From NCBI GenBank assembly GCA_029937135.1, contig JAPYQX010000003.1, positions 1-33,542 on the forward strand: DNA of 33,542 bases, given 5' to 3'. The notes under the pieces were generated by a model. That model worked only from the letters and a program-made list of their open reading frames with translations, had not been told where the DNA came from and made no database searches. Source of the stretch: Nitrospinota bacterium (GTDB lineage: Bacteria > UBA8248). Below, piece by piece: positions 32,423-33,542 of the stretch. The stretch's first letter is position 1, and every line of letters starts with the position of its first letter. The position numbers and the translations under genes are program-made.

Positions 32423-33542
32423 TTAAAGCGGCGGGAGGGCGAGATGATGGTCGGTGGCTTCCTCGAAGGCCGCCGCCGCGCGCAGGACGGCCTTCTCTCC
32501 GAATGGTTTTCCGACGAACTGGAGCCCGATGGGAAGCCCGGACGAGGTGAGCCCGCAGGGCTGGCTGATGCCCGGAAGGCCGGCCATGTTGCAAGGAATT
32601 GTCAGGATATCGGAAAGATACATGCTGATGGGGTCGTCCGTCCGCTCCCCGAAGCGAAAAGCGGGGGTTGGTGTCGTTGCCGACATGATAACGTCAAGAG
32701 ACTTGAACGCTTCCTCGAATTCCCGGCAGAGCAGAGTCCGCACCTTCTGTGCCTTGGTGTAGTAGGCGTCGTAGTAGCCCGACGAAAGCACATAGGTTCC
32801 GAGCATGATCCGCCGTTTGACCTCCTCGCCAAATCCGCTTTCCCGGCTGCCGGCGTACATTCCGTGGAGGGGACCGTACTCGGACGAGTCATCCCGGGTG
32901 CGGACCCCGAAGCGCACCCCGTCGTAGCGGGCAAGATTGCTGCTCGCCTCCGCCGGGGCGATAATGTAATAGCAAGGCAAAGCGTACTTCGTATTCGGTA
33001 GCGAGATTTCGTGAATCTCCGCCCCCATGTCTTCCATGATTTTGATCGCGCTCCGAATCGATGCCTCGACCTCCGAGTCCATCCCTTCGATGAAATATTC
33101 TTTTGGAATTCCGATGCGAAGCCCTTTCGCGCCGGCGTCGAGGCCTTCGGTGTAGTCGGGGACTATTTCGCTCGACGATGTGGAGTCAAGCGGGTCGTGG
33201 CCGCAGATGGCATTCAGCATCATGGCGCAGTCGTATACCGTGTGAGTGAACGGGCCGATTTGATCCAGAGAGCTTGCAAAGGCGATCAGCCCGTACCGGG
33301 AGACGCGCCCATAGGTGGGCTTCATCCCCACGACACCGCAGCACGCGGCGGGCTGTCGGATCGAGCCACCCGTGTCGGAACCCAGGGAGATGGCGCAAGT
33401 CCGCGCCGCGAGCGCCGCCGCGGAGCCGCCGCTGCTGCCTCCGGGGGTGGTCTCGAGGTTCCAGGGGTTGCGCGTCGCACCGAAGGCGCTGTTTTCGGTG
33501 GATGACCCCATGGCGAATTCGTCCATGTTGAGCTTGCCGACG
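32423..33542 (-). CDS. gatA: Glu-tRNA(Gln) amidotransferase subunit A (5' end lies beyond the window)
   Basis: It carries the amidase signature [12 protein letters not shown] and the GatA-typical blocks ([36 protein letters not shown]). The reading frame is open to the window edge. Stop is TAA at 32423-32425. Confidence 0.95.
   Translation of the reverse strand, partial: VGKLNMDEFAMGSSTENSAFGATRNPWNLETTPGGSSGGSAAALAARTCAISLGSDTGGSIRQPAACCGVVGMKPTYGRVSRYGLIAFASSLDQIGPFTHTVYDCAMMLNAICGHDPLDSTSSSEIVPDYTEGLDAGAKGLRIGIPKEYFIEGMDSEVEASIRSAIKIMEDMGAEIHEISLPNTKYALPCYYIIAPAEASSNLARYDGVRFGVRTRDDSSEYGPLHGMYAGSRESGFGEEVKRRIMLGTYVLSSGYYDAYYTKAQKVRTLLCREFEEAFKSLDVIMSATTPTPAFRFGERTDDPISMYLSDILTIPCNMAGLPGISQPCGLTSSGLPIGLQFVGKPFGEKAVLRAAAAFEEATDHHLALPPL

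Overview
This is a 33.5-kb bacterial chromosomal segment. G+C is about 55-60% by eye, except for one clearly AT-rich stretch. I support about 33 protein-coding genes. I recognised no rRNA, tRNA, CRISPR array, transposase or integrase, and I cannot assign a taxon from sequence alone.

Gene content, left to right:
- an amidase-signature amidase, a small membrane ORF and a membrane-anchored HExxH peptidase-like protein
- a fused double-domain ThyX
- an AT-rich island of about 2.2 kb (about 4850-7084) carrying orphan membrane and DDxxD ORFs
- an RND efflux operon in which a DUF457/YdjM-like gene sits between the adaptor and the permease
- a minus-strand block of GlcG, TctC/TctB/TctA, a Gfo/Idh/MocA oxidoreductase and an alpha/beta hydrolase
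- an IMPase-family protein and a second alpha/beta hydrolase
- a SAM methyltransferase translationally coupled to queG
- a TVP38/DedA-like protein, an AEC transporter, a methylmalonyl-CoA-epimerase-like VOC protein and a cold-shock protein
- a 2-hydroxyacid dehydrogenase with a divergent LysR regulator
- two possible small ORFs, then cytochrome c' and an overlapping lipoprotein
- gatB, a frameshifted isocitrate/isopropylmalate-dehydrogenase-family gene, and gatA (truncated by the window end)

Most noteworthy observations:
1. The AT-rich orphan island has a strong-RBS upstream mini-ORF coupled by an ATGA overlap to a polytopic membrane protein. It is followed by a membrane-tethered DDxxD-motif protein.
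2. Two genes are each interrupted by a single in-frame TAG, and a third by a 1-nt frameshift. That is about 3 of 33 genes disrupted.
3. The adaptor, DUF457-like gene and RND permease are joined by ATGA overlaps at both junctions.
4. A roughly 58-nt repeat occurs in two convergent intergenic regions.
5. Several leader hairpins and palindromes are present.

All functional calls rest on motifs I recognise by eye in the supplied translations. No database search was run.
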